DNA from: Bispira polyomma
Lineage: Eukaryota
Length of the DNA: 64,000 nucleotides
Assembly: GCA_965649765.1 (NCBI GenBank)
Contig: OZ287757.1
Location: 31,558,001 to 31,622,000, forward strand
Direction of reading: 5' to 3'
Shown: in pieces, positions 1 to 13,400 of the stretch
Position numbering within the stretch: position 1 is the first letter of the stretch
Layout: the number at the start of each line of letters is the position of its first letter
The notes under the pieces: model-generated
Told to the model about the DNA's origin: nothing
The model's database searches: none
The model's input: only the letters and a program-made list of their open reading frames with translations
Position numbers and translations under genes: made by a program

Positions 1-3000
1 TTAGTGGTTACTAGTGCTTCAGTACTTGTTTTGTATACCCTTGAATCTGGGCTGCCATGATATATGATCTAGTCTGTTAAAACCTAAATCTAAATTATAA
101 ATTATTTTTGTGGTACTCTTTAGAGCCAAAATAATTTAATAAATTTCACTAAACTTACTGCAAAACTTATGTAATTTACTGGTAGTGTTGCTTAATGTTA
201 CCTACACGCTTTATTTTTGGAAAAGAGTCTTTTTGAGATCCAAAAAGCTAAATATGAACAAAATAATGACTGCTGTCTACTGACATTTGCAAATGCATTT
301 GTCTGCTTGACACATAACACACAGTGGCTGCCAAGACCGAGCTAAATATAGTACTAGGTGAAAGACTGGAGAGACTGTACTCCTTCTGTTATTGTATTCC
401 TGGGGCCATCTTCTCAAATGAAACTCTGAGCACAAACTCAGATTATACTCAGGTAAAGGCTATGTCTAAACTCATTTATATGAAAATAGCATACACTTGT
501 GACCATTCATTTTAATAGAGCTTTCAGTACTGAAATATAATATACAGTTAGCTTTTACTTCTGATGTTTTTTTAAACTGATATTAAGAGTTGAGTTTGGC
601 TATGGTTCTTTGGTTAAGATTATGCACCCGGTTATAAATCCGCATTTAAAGCACTTTGCTATTGTTACTTGTCACTGCAACACCATTGTATACGTCTTCA
701 GCAAGCAATGATTTACAAGAAAGCTCCCCCATGAAACATGTGCATGTGTATCATAGGCAACGTCTAGTTTAGTATTATTCCTCTATTACTAGTTCATGGC
801 TGTGTCACAGACATGAGGTATATCAGTTAAAATACCCACATTCCATTTATCATAGTAGGCAAATGGCGTATTAATATTTTCTCAAATGATGTTATCTGCT
901 GGCAGTGACAATTTTTGGTGTGTTACAAAGAAACCAGGATTTTATTGTTTCAATCAAGGTCACGTGATCTAGTTATGATTCAAAACACAAACCCAATGGA
1001 CTTAACTTTTAATTTAATTTGGATTATTTAGAATAATATACTTTCATATTACAGATATCCACATCTTGTTAATAAGCTAAGATCCTCAAACCCCATGACC
1101 TTGAAAGTTGCTGAAGGATTGATAACCACACTAGAGAGTTTAAAGTGCCCTTTCTTTGAAAACCCTTCTCAAACGGTTTCCTTTGTGGGAGAAAGTTTCC
1201 CTGTACTTTTTGTTGGTCGATTGCAAATAAAAATAAAACCACCGAAAAAAATAAAAAAAAAAGAATAGAAAAATAGCACTAAAAGAAAAAACACAATGTC
1301 GTGAAAGAGGAACAGCCAAGGTAGCAATATTTATATTACCTTATAAAAAATATATATTTATTTGAGCTTAGTTGTTGTGGATTTATATGCATTTTCCGAG
1401 AGCCTATTTCAATGATAGTACTTGTATATCACATGGTAACAGACAGATAAGTCATCCCTTTGTATCTGCATAATCCTGTCATAATTCATCAGGTTTCAGC
1501 TATAAGTTGATCTGCAAAAGTAGGTCATTCTCTCAGGCAAATAAAATACAAGAAACAGTATTTAGGGCAATAATAAACTTGGGGATATGTTATTTTTATG
1601 TATTATTTATTTTTCATGGTGATAAATTATATGTAATAAAAACAATTAAGATATTGCACTAACACAAGATAACGCCCAGCCCTAAATGCCTGCTTTTTAA
1701 TTATTATGAAGGGCCAGTTTTACAATAAATGTGCCTTTGCTTAAATTTACCAGCAATAATCAAACTTATATTTTTCACTTAGTAAAACTTTATTTAATTT
1801 TATGCCCATGTTAGTTGAAGTATTCACTCACTTTTATTTTATTTGGGTATTCACTCGAATATTTACCAAAAGGGTGACAAATATACAAGAACTGGATTTC
1901 CTCTTCAAACACAACTGTCACAAGGCTTACATATTTTGTTCATCAACATTTTTCTTTAGTACCTTCCTGGCTCTATATAAAAGGTGGTAAAATGCCTATT
2001 ATTTTAACCAAAATATAGATCTTTCAAATTTTAAAATACATGAACAGAACTGACGTAAGGTTCTACACTATTAAAATATATAAGTTCTCAATTTCAGCAT
2101 TGGTGCAAGTCCATCTAAAATGGAAAAATCGCCGACATCAATTATTGGCATATTATGGCCATTAAAGTAAAGATTGTTTACACTAAAATACACACTGCTT
2201 AGTAACAAAAGAAACCGTTTGTGTAAAAAGGTCCAACCTAATTTTTATACACAGGTTTACCTATCCACAGACAGACAAGGATTTCCTTTTATAAAGTTTT
2301 ATTATCCTCACCCTTGCTTTTTATCACAGTACACCAAATTACACTGGGGCCTTTGCGATATTTCTGTCTCTTACAAACACTAGCAGTTTTTTTTTATTTG
2401 TGAAATTAGTCTGGGTGGTTCTTTTTCTTGACCCTAGGTTGAGTTTAATTTACCCTTTGTGCACTATTTTCTCTTATAAATATAAGCTTTTCAAAAAGAA
2501 CTCTTAAATCTACAAATAATTAAGGCTTCAATGGTTTTCTCCTTGAATTTTCTCTCCACATGGTAATGCCATCCAGCAAATAAATATTTAGAGTAACAAA
2601 GACATATTGTCTTTGGGGAAATCTGTCTGTATTGGAACAGACATTTCTCTTTTTATTTTCTGCTTCATCAATTCTGTTTCTGATAGGAAAAGTTTGTGCC
2701 AAAAAACTAAAGAAAAAAATTTGGACAAATAATAGAACATTGGCAGACTGAAATGGTATTGAGAAAGGCATTCTGTGTGGTTTAGAGCTGCTGTCCTTTG
2801 AAATTAACACAATATCTTTGGAGTTTCAATTCATCACAAAGATCTTATTATATTTTTTTGCTATAGTAGCACAAATGAACTTTACAGGTATAGGGGCAAA
2901 GGGACACCTCAAGCAAACAATAATCTGAAAGCATTGAAAATAGTTGTTTACTAGGATCGACAGAATGACCCTAAAAGCGAAAGTATCTATCTTACTGTTG

Positions 3001-5774
3001 TGGTGATGTATGCAGTGTAGAGAAATAGAGTTATTTCAACTTAGATAGAATAAAATCTGAAACTGAAATCAAAAATAAAATGTATTTACTTGACTGATAT
3101 GTTACTTGCGACAAGACAATGTTGGTGGGTGTTGGACTGATGGCTGAGAAGTCATTGGTTTAATTCGCAGCATTGGATATATGGAAATGGGCAGGTCTGC
3201 ATGTGTGGTAACATGTGAGGTTGGCAGATTAACCTTCAGCTAAATTACAGACTATATATACATGTACATGTTACCTTAATGTTTTAATATGTGTTTTGAT
3301 GGCAAGATTACATAAATACTTCCATGATTAAATCTGCACATTTTACAAAACAACATGGCTTCCACAGTCTTGATATCAAATTATTGCCACAGTAAATGAT
3401 CAATATTTTAATTTTGATGCGAAGTTTCAAGATACACTACACAGGTATATACTTCTCGAGGTATCAACCTATCCCACAATTTATTGTGAATATCAATGTG
3501 AAATTTAGTTTTTCAGACTCATGTTTGCTGCAGTGTCAAGAATGATTTCATAAAGTGGGTGCGGGGACTGGAACTGCCAATGATGTGAAAAGCCATAGCT
3601 AACAGGTAGGGAAAGAGCAAACTGTCTGTGCTAATAAAATAGCATCACAGGGCTATATGTCTGTCTAGGTTCACATCTGGGGGATCCTTAGAATTAATGA
3701 ATAACACATGACAAACTATGATATATGGTGATTTTACAACAATTAAAGGCGTTGTAACACAAAAGAGGAGCCTGAGTGTTTCTGCTTTCCAAGAGTTTAT
3801 GTTAATAGCGTTTGTCAAAGTTTATAAAATATAAAAAAATCCAGTGCTTTGGGTGGTCCAAATTGAAAATCAAACAACCCATCTTTATAACAAATTGATA
3901 AATATCATATTCACTATGTATCTGTGATATTTAGAAGAGGTGTGTCATTGTAAAATGTCGGAGATCAGCTGTCAAGCCGTTCTTAATAATGGTAATCACC
4001 AAAAAAGGCTTAGCAAATTGCAGCATGTCTAGAGGAAATGACTGTCATTATAAAGGCTTCCTAAGTGGGTGGGTGGCTGTGGGTGTAATGAGTTCTTACA
4101 TTTCCAGTGACACACAAAGTAGATCTGCTTTTTTCCTCTTTACTGAGTAGGAAAGACTTATATGGAGTGATATTTATCCAAATACTTAAATTCAAAATAA
4201 TCTCAAAACATGTCCTGAATGTACACAAAATATATTTACAATCTAACTATAGATTTGAGTTCCTCACTGGAAGCTCAATTAAAATGAATACTAACATGTC
4301 TAGGTTATTCCCATTCACTTGGAATATCTTAGGCATGACTTTTGAGATTAAATTTAGGCGTCCTAAAAATACAGCCCCGGGTAATAAGTAAGATAATTTC
4401 TTGATATCTTTATTCTTAAATTACCCAAATCTGCAGCACTGGTGTCTATTTATACAGAGAGGGGATTGGATGTAAATAAAATGATGAGGCCAAAAAAATT
4501 ACTGCTTAAAGCCTTGCAAGAGAGCTGGGACAATTTTGCTATAATTTCAAAGCCTTACCAGGACCTAATATTAGTGAGTTTAAGTAGTGATACACTGCCA
4601 AAAAGGCCCAGTAAATATATAACATAAAATAATTATACTCTTCTAAGATGGTACTTCATAACTGGAAAGTTTCAGTACAAAGTAATTTTAGCTAGAAAAT
4701 CTTAGATAGTGAAAATTAATTCCCAGTTTAAAATTTACATTCGTCTGATTAATTAAACTAAGCATTTGCTAATGGTAAAACAATCATTCAAGTGAATTTC
4801 TCACAATTGTCAAAATTGTGAAATATTCCTCAAGTCTCAACACTTTCAATGTATACACATATTTGAGGTATATCCCTTCAGGGATTGTTGTCACAGATAA
4901 AAAGCCAGAACCTGATTATTCTTGCCTTTTGTTGGGTACCTGTCTCTGTAGATGTTCTGATGTTGAATTTAATAGACGTAAACTTATTGTCCTTGAATAC
5001 AGATTCATAATTATTTTGTTGTTTAAACATTTATCTAGTGACAATTGCCCACAGTTGCTATACCATGGGGGGTTTTACCCTAATTTTGGCAATGTCATTA
5101 CATACAAATATTTTAGTGTAAATACTAAAAGTTTTATTTATTCAAGTTATATTTATTTACTATGACAGTATAAAAATATATTATATATATATATACTATA
5201 AATACTAATTTTCTAAGATTAAACATCTGCAGCTGATTTCAAGATGGTTATTGATTGCAAAATAATTGGTTAATGGCACTTGTACAAATTCATGGGAAAA
5301 GTATCTCCTTTAAATAGACACTCAATGAATCATTCATTCTAAAGTATTAGATGGCTATTAGGATCTTGATATAAAAAGTACAGCTTTATCTAAAGTGTTA
5401 TATAATAAAGGTAATTTGTGAGGGACACACAAACTACATTGCCTTGATAATGTACTTTGGCCCATATAACACGTTCAATGGCCTTGCATTAATGCTTTAA
5501 TGCTTTGGGTTTATGCAATACTTTTTAGGACAAGAAGAAGTAGAATGAATCACAAATTGCTCTCAAAATGCTTCATTCTACACTGAAAAAACCATGAGAG
5601 TGTCATTTCATAGCCTTCATCTGAAAACAAAGTTCAAATAGTAGTAACAGAATGACATTGAAGTGAAAGTGTCTGTTTTTCAGCATTTGTGGTGCTCTTC
5701 GAAAATATAGTTGTTAGAAATTAACAAATTTAACCCACAAAATAATTAATTGGAATATATGAAATGTATAAACA

Positions 5775-6330
5775 TTATTAAATCTTGAGCGCTTAAGCTC
5801 TGTACTAACAACAGTCAAAATCATTGTTCAGTACTTGTATTGTATTTAACAGAAAACAGGGTTGTTACCAGAGAGGGAGTCGGTTGTGGAAAGACTGTGT
5901 CAGATAGAATAAGCTCTTTTAATATAGATAGGTTTTTTGATTTGCTTCTAAAGGTTGAAAGGGTAAGTGAGCATCTAATATATTGTGGTAGGTCATTTCA
6001 AATTATGAGAAAATATAATTGAAATGGACTTTTGATCTGTATATGTGGTGATCAAAGGTAGGAAGATTGAGAAATCATTTGTTAGGATTACCACGATGGG
6101 TAGTGACTTGAGAGTAAGGGGTGAGATATGGTCTGATATTTTAGGAGGCCTGTATTAAGAGACTTGTACATTAGTATGGTAGGTTTGAGCATACATCAAA
6201 ATTTAACATGTAGCTAGTGTAAATCTTTTAAAACATGAGATATGTGGGCATACTTTGTGGTATGAGTGACTATATGAGCTAAGGTATTTGAATTCAAATG
6301 GTTATAGTCATAATAGTGGTAGATGTAAAC
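5775..6330 (-). mobile_element. Decayed 3' fragment of an L2-clade LINE
   Basis: Reverse strand resembles the C-terminus (..FP) and 3' UTR (taagcgct) of the L2 at 53625-54910. Also present in P copy 2. Confidence 0.7.
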
Positions 6331-6474
6331 CTTTCAATTAAAAATCGTACCTATAAAAATTTTCCATTGGTTAGTTCTGATTTACCTTAAAAAATAATCC
6401 TTCTGCATGGATCTGTTCTCAAGCTTCATATACCCTCTCAGTGTTTCAGACTGCATTCATATAAGGGAATATGG

Positions 6475-6554
6475 TTCAGTATGTGTGTAATCATCGTAAC
6501 AAACAAACAAGAAACAGACCCAGGTGAAAACATAACCTCTTTTGGTAGAAGTAA
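6475..6554 (-). mobile_element. Possible terminus of a non-autonomous Helentron/DINE-like element
   Basis: Reverse strand ttacttctaccaaaagaggttatgttttcacc...tgtttgtttgtt resembles the ttacctccgccaaggaggttatgttttc + GTTT-repeat head recalled for such elements. Only one end recognised. Confidence 0.4.
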
Positions 6555-8519
6555 GTCTTTTGATCCAATTACCTTAGTCCATTGAACAAAATAAAGCAGA
6601 TGTTTTGGGCACATAAGTATCAAGTGGAAGTTCAGTTCTAAAATGTAGGAGCATTGTATGCATGAATTAAAGCAACTGAAGCCCTTTTAGAATTTATCAA
6701 TACATTCAAAGTATATTTTATTACAATTACTTCCCCCCTCCAATTATTTTAGTATTACCACAGTTTTCCTATTATCACTATTATGCATCTTGGCTTCTAC
6801 CTTTGGTAAATTACATCATGTTTTCCATTTCTAAATAATTTTATTCAATCCCTTGACCACCAGCTTCAATCTTGGTTGAATTACATCTTATTTTTCCCTT
6901 TTTATGATTTAACCATTTCACCGCCAATAAACTTAAATGTCTAATCTTTTTTCTGATTGGCAGGCTAGCACTATTGGTAGTTTAGTGAAGACCGTAAATC
7001 TAAATTAATCAAAGACATAATTATGTATAAATAGTTTATTTCCAGTTATAAAGTCACATTTGTTATACTCATCAAGGGACAAATATTAAACATTATATTT
7101 GAAAATTGAAGGAAATTTGAATCAATACTATATGTATATGACATTAAAATACATGGTAACACATACTCACACATATTGACCTAATACAATGTATCTCACC
7201 ACAAACAAGGTTTTAATAAATATGAAAACAAATGGCTGCAGTTTTATTTACTGAATGTCATACTCGTCATAAAATTTAACCAGAATAAGTCACAGCAGCT
7301 ATAAATGGACAAAAACGGACACCTGGCAGCTACTTGTTTCTACATTTAGCCCATCAACTCTGAGTTGCTGTAAAACCCTACATTTTAAAATGAATTAAAC
7401 TAGACATATGACGTCACAGAAAGACGTCAGTCAAAATTACCAGAGGCTCAGACACTCTTGTCAATAAATGTCCCAAAACTTAAAATGCAACTTAATTTCA
7501 AAATTTGTCTTGCTGTATTATGTTTTGTATATCTAAAAATCATACTGCAGCTAAAAGCTGTATGCAAATGAATGTTAGCATGTCCAGCTTGTGTGCATTA
7601 ATAAGTAAATATATTATAAGTATTAGACTTTTTTAAGCATGAGTTGAAATTGTTAAAAAATACGGGTCCCCCAGGAACTATACTGTTTATAGCTGCAATG
7701 TCAAAGACAGTTGAAACATCAGCAGAAATCTCTAGACATCAGTACAAAGCCAACACTGAAACAAATGTTTGGAAAATTTGCAAACACCTAAACTGGCCAT
7801 TTTTTTTTTTGTTTTAATGCAAGCATCTCATAGTATTTTTTTCTGCCTTTGATAGACATAACATGTTTCTTATTATGAGAATGACGAAATTGGATTTTTT
7901 AAATTAGTTTTCTCTCATTACCTTGGGGAGCTGATTATTTTTTCAGAAAACACTGAATATTTTTGTGAATGATCATTTAAAATCACGTCTAAGAGGATAT
8001 TTATTATTTTCAAATTTTATTTGAAGTAATTGTTTGAAAATAGTGCTTTTTGCCATACCACAAAGAGCTATAAAACTAACCTCTACAAAATTGTTTGACA
8101 CATAATCCAGCTGGGTAGACGAATAAGTCGACATATTCATGCATAACTTCATGTGGAATCTTTTAATAAAGTAAGGAATTATTGGCTATTACCACATTTA
8201 TAGATATGTACTACTGGTATTCAATAATGTATCTGTCAAATTGGCTGTACCAATCTATCTTGGAGTTTCAGATGATTTACTTTACTTCACATGACCAACA
8301 ATCTTACTATGTTATTGCATTATCAACATTACATGATTATTTTTTGAATGAGAACCATGAAATATAGGTCAGGTCCAGTAGGTCATCATATTTGTCTTTG
8401 ATACTTATTGAAATTAAAAGTTATATTAGGCATTGTATTGTTGTAGTTAAAATATATACTCAGATTATTTATCTACCTTTGCCTGTTATTGTAAGTGCTA
8501 ATTAACATTTTTGTGACGA

Positions 8520-8715
8520 CTTCGCTACAGACAGTAACTACTCGTAACTGTCATTCCCCGAACTAAAGTGGGAGTGGGAATGTATTGCTGTCCCCAAAAT
8601 TATTTGGCATGCCACTGTAAGATAGGACCCCATGACGAAGGACCAGACTGGGATTCAACCCAGGTCATCTATCTTCCTAAGTAAGTATATTTGGCCAAAG
8701 TGAGTAACTGAGACC
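8520..8715 (-). mobile_element. Old tRNA-headed SINE remnant inside the repeat unit
   Basis: Reverse strand shows a degenerate A box and B box (gggttgaatccc). Homologues near 38480-38660, 38750-38900 and 48620-48790. Confidence 0.5.
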
Positions 8716-9009
8716 TACATATGATATCCTTATATTTTCATCAATATGGATTTAGGTTGGCCTTGTTTATTGCCTCTTTCATTACCTTTGTATTTTTTAG
8801 TCTTCAATAAAAAAGATTATACCATTGTATTATGTCATGACAGGAAATTTACTATTGGAGAAAACTAGTACAGATGACTGGGTCGTGATGTCTGTATAAT
8901 GTAAAGCACCAACGGCAGTACACAATTGCCTACTGAAGCTGTGCAATGTTCTGATTTATGAGTACCCATTAGAAACATGTGCCTTGCAGGATGCATGCAT
9001 CAATTCAGC

Positions 9010-9030
9010 TATATATATATATATATATAT
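9010..9030. repeat. (AT)n microsatellite
   Basis: About 10 TA units. Confidence 0.9.
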
Positions 9031-9237
9031 GCTTCAAACTATTAATATTAACCTCTAGGATGCTGCAATTATTTTTACCATTTTAGCTTGACTAAATATG
9101 TTTGTATGATTACTCCTTATATCCCATTTTAATATGCACCACTTCCCACATGGAGGAAGCAGTAGGGATTGAAGTCACTGTGCGCAGAGTTGAGAGTCTA
9201 GCGATATTAAAGCAGATGCTTATAACCACTAGGAGAA

Positions 9238-9402
9238 TTTTTTTTTTTTAATTTGGATATTTAACGTCCACTCAGTACCTGCACAGGTTATATTGGAATG
9301 GGTAGTTGGAAACGCTGGAGGAAACACTGCATACAGTTGATCAAGGTTCTGCACTGAAACCAGCGGCCCACAGTAAGGAACTACCACTTTTTCCACATAG
9401 GC
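9238..9402 (-). mobile_element. SINE 3' half with poly(A) tail (same family as 44049-44206)
   Basis: Reverse strand gcctatgtggaaa..gtggtagttccttactg..gccgctggtttc..tgcagaaccttga matches ~44140-44200. It ends in gacgttaaatatccaaattA(n). Confidence 0.75.
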
Positions 9403-9849
9403 TAATTTAATGTTTCAATGATATTTTCTGTCCTTATAAAATATATAAAAACAAAATTTGTAATTTCGCAAAAGTTACATTAGCAAGGTATACACATGCG
9501 AGACAATGTATCATAATACTGGCCAGTATTAACAAAAATGTATTTTAATTAATTTTCCTAAAGAATATTAATTTGCATATGCAATGCCAAAGCAAATTAC
9601 CTTGTAACATAAATATACCAGAAAATCCATTGACTTTATCTGACCTTAAAATAAAATGACCATTGTAGATAACACATAATATGGAATAATTCATACGCGT
9701 ACAATGAACATTTACGTGAATATAATTACATATATATGTACAATTATTCATCATCAGATTCTTTAAGAGCAGATGGAGGGGTAGTGTTTTCAATGGCACA
9801 ATTTTTCTAGAATCACAATGACAATATGATGTACTTGATAATCTGGCTC

Positions 9850-10045
9850 TTACCAAGATCTATATCATGCTGACCTTTCTGCTTTTTCATTGAGATTGTT
9901 TCTTGTCATATTTCCAAACAAAATACACCAAGAAGATGAATATGTCTGTGTCATCAGCTGTAATCTGAACATGTCTGAAATTCTCATGTAATCAAAGAAG
10001 GTAGCTAATACTAATAATATCTGTTTTTTTCGTGCTTAAAACAAC
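9850..10045 (-). pseudogene. Fragment of an XPG/PIN-like nuclease domain, as in Academ-type DNA transposon proteins
   Basis: With one frameshift the reverse strand reads KHE(K)TDIISISYLL*LHENFRHVQITADDTDIFIFLVYF, matching the HEEAD...VxxDDTDVFVLL motif pair. Not in the ORF track. Confidence 0.5.
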
Positions 10046-10080
10046 ACTGATCTTCACCCGATTAAGTGCAGAAGAGGGTG

Positions 10081-10455
10081 TTAATCTAATCTAAATTTAT
10101 AGCGCTTAATCTCTCCATCTTAGATTTGCATTTCCGTTAGACAAGCATGGGTCAGCACCATGAAGAGGCCGGGTGAATTTAGGCTAAGGTGGAAAAGCCT
10201 TCTCAAATAGGTAGGTTTTAAGTCTTTTTTCTAAATGATGTGAGTGAGGTTGCACAACAAACTTCGGCAGGTAATCCATTCCAGAGTGTTGGAGCATTAT
10301 AAGCAAAGCTAATGTTAAACTGACGTTTAGATTTGTGTACTGATGAGATAAATTTTGGTATGGTGAGGTAACTTTATTCTGGTCTGCTCCTTCTGGTATT
10401 AAGACTGCATGTGTAAGGTGTGAGGTATGGATTCCAGTATGTTGGAAGGCCATAA
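10081..10455 (-). mobile_element. L2 LINE 3' end with (TTAGA)n tail
   Basis: ORF ends LKTYLFEKAFPP like the L2 at 54751. 3' end agattaagcgctataaatttagattagattaa. Confidence 0.85.
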
Positions 10456-13400
10456 TTTAAGAATTTGTAGGCTGAAGTAGCTGTTTTCAACTATAAGCTG
10501 ACTGTCTACTGACATATTCAAATGGATTTGTCAGCCTGACATATAACACACAGCAGCCGCCGCGACCGGGCTCAAAATAGTACTAGGTGGGAGACTGGAG
10601 AGACGGTACTCCTTCTATTGATGTATTCATGGGGCCATCTTCTCCAATGAAACTTTAAGCACAAACTCAGATTATACTTAAGTAAAGGCTATGTCTAAAC
10701 TCGTTTATATAAAAATAACTTACACTTGTGACCATTCATTTTAATAGAGCTTACAGTACTGAATTCTAATATGCAGATTTTACTTCTGATCTTTTTTGAT
10801 ACTTATCTTAAGAGTTGAGTTTGGCTATGGTTTTTTTTGGTTGAAATTATGCCCCTCGGCTATGAATCCACACTTAAATCACTTAGATATTAAAAACACT
10901 TAAAGTTATATAAAGCACAGATCATACATCTATATGTTAATGAGCATTAAAATAATTATTGAATAAACATTAGAATACCTGAGTGCTGTGACCTTATAAC
11001 AGTTCATACAATGAACCTACTGGGGACTAAAATTATTTCTAACATTAATAAGCAAGTCTGTTTAGAGCTTGCAGGCAACTATTTTGGGTGCTATGGAAAG
11101 CTTAGACTTGTTTTCCGAAACAATTAATCTGGGTGTATTATAGTCAGTGAGACTTTGTTGTTGCAAATATAAGTATTTTTCTTCATTTCAATTACCATTT
11201 AGGACTTTTGCTATTGTTACTTGTCACTGCAATACCATTGTATACGTCTTCAGCATGCGATGAATTACAAGAAAGCTCCATAATGAAACATGTGCATGTG
11301 TATCATAGGCAACATCTAGTTTAGGTATATCAGTTAAAATACCGACATTCCATTTATCAAAGTAGGCAAATGGCGTGTTCATATTTAATCCAATGATGTT
11401 ATCTGCTGACAATGACAATTTTTGGTGCGTTACCAAGAAACCAGGATTTTATTGGTTCAGTGAGGGTCACGTGATCTAGTTATAATTCAAAACACTAGCT
11501 CAATGGAACTAAACTATTAATTTTATTTTGATTATTTAGAATAATATACTTTCATATTATAGATATCCACATCTTGTTAATAAGCTGAGATCCTCAAACC
11601 CGATGACCTTGAAAGGTGCTGAAAAATTAATAAGCACACTGGAAAGTTTAAAGTCCCCTTTACAATAGAAACCCTTCTTGAATATTGAATACGTAAAAAC
11701 ACCTTTCTTTGTTGGAGAAAGTTTGCCCTGTACTTTTCTTTGGTCAGTGGCCAAAAAAATAAAGCCACTGAAAAAATAAAAAATAGAAAAATAGCACTAA
11801 AAAAAGACACAATGTCATGAAAGAGGAACAGCCAGGGTAGCTATAGTTATATTTCCTTATAAAAAATATATTTGAGCTTAGTTGTTGTGGATTATATCTA
11901 TTTTCCGAGAGCCTATTTCAATTACAGTAGTTGTATATCACATGGTAACAGATAGGTCATCCCTTTGTATCTGCATAATCCTGTCATCATTCATTAGGTT
12001 TCAGCTCTAAGTTGATCTGCAAAGGTAGGTCATTCTCTAAGGCAAATAAAATACAAAAGACAGTAATTAGGGAATAATAATCTTGGGGATAATTTATTTT
12101 TATGTATTATTTATTCTTTATGGTGATAAATTATATATAATAAAAACAATGAAGATATTGCACATAATGCCCATCCCTAAATGCCTAATTTTTAATTACT
12201 ATGAAGGGCCGATTTTACAATAAATGTACCTTTGCTTAAATTTACCAGCAATAATCAAATTTATATTTTTTCAATTGGCAAAACTTTTTTTAAATTTTAT
12301 TGCCCATGTTAGTTGAAGTATTCCCTCAGTTTTATTAAATTTAGGTATTAACTCGAATATATACCAAAAGGATGACAAATATACAAGAAATGGATTTCAT
12401 CTTCAAACGCCTCTGTTATAAGGCTTACATATTTTGTTTATCAATATTTTTATTTTGTACCTTTCTGGCTCTGTATGAAAGGTGGTAAAATGCCTATTAT
12501 TTTTAACCAAAATATAGATCTTTTGAATCTTTTGAATACATGAACAGGACTAATGTAAGGTTCTACACTATTGAAACATTTTTATAATATATAAGTTCTC
12601 AATTTCAGTATTGATGAATGTCCATCTACTATGGAAAAATGGCAAACATAAATTAATCACATATTATGGCTTTTAAAGTAAAAATAGATTGTTTACACTT
12701 AAATACACACTGCTTAGTAACAAACGGAAACATTTGTGTAAAAAGATACAAACTAATTTTATCCACAGGTTTACCTATCCACAGACGGACAAGGATTACC
12801 TTTTATAAAGCTTTATTACCCTCACACTTGCTTTTTATCACAACACGCCAAATTACAGTGGGACTATCAAGATATTTCTGTCTCTTACAAACACTAGCAG
12901 TTTATTTGCAAAATTAGTCTGGATGCTTCTTTTTCTTGGCCCTAGCTTGAGTTTGATTTACCCTTTTTGCACTATTTTCTCATATAAATATAAGCTTTTC
13001 AAAGAGAAGTGTTAAATCCACAAATAATCAAGGCTTCAATGGTTATCTCCTTGAAGTTTTTCTCTACATGGTAATGTCATCAAGCAAATATTTATTTGGA
13101 GTAAAAAAAAAAACTAAAAAAATAATATGGCAAAAAAAAGAACATTGGCCCACTGAAATGGTATTGGGAAAGGCGTTTTGTGTGCTTTAAATGTGCTTTT
13201 TTTTTAAATTAACACAATATCTTTGGGGTTTTCATTCATTACAAAGATCTTATCACATTTTCTTGCTATAGTAGCACAAATGAATTACACAGATATGGGG
13301 CCATATGAACACCTCAAGCAAACAATAATCTAAAAGCACTGAAAATAGTTGTTTACTAGGATTGACAGAATGACCCTGAAAGCAAAACTATCTATTTTAC

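Larger units (their letters stand above)
270..9235. repeat. Macro-repeat block P, copy 1
   Basis: Collinear with 10497-23890 throughout, e.g. ctgtctactgacat...cacataacacacag near 275 and 10502, and gttgagagtctagcgatattaaagcagatgcttataa near 9190 and 23850. Roughly 80% identity by eye. Confidence 0.9.

Noticed and set aside
9876-9974. Host exon on the minus strand (tttcag|...|gtcag)
   Set aside because: The nuclease-like reading extends through the apparent acceptor and contains stops; a transposon remnant fits better.
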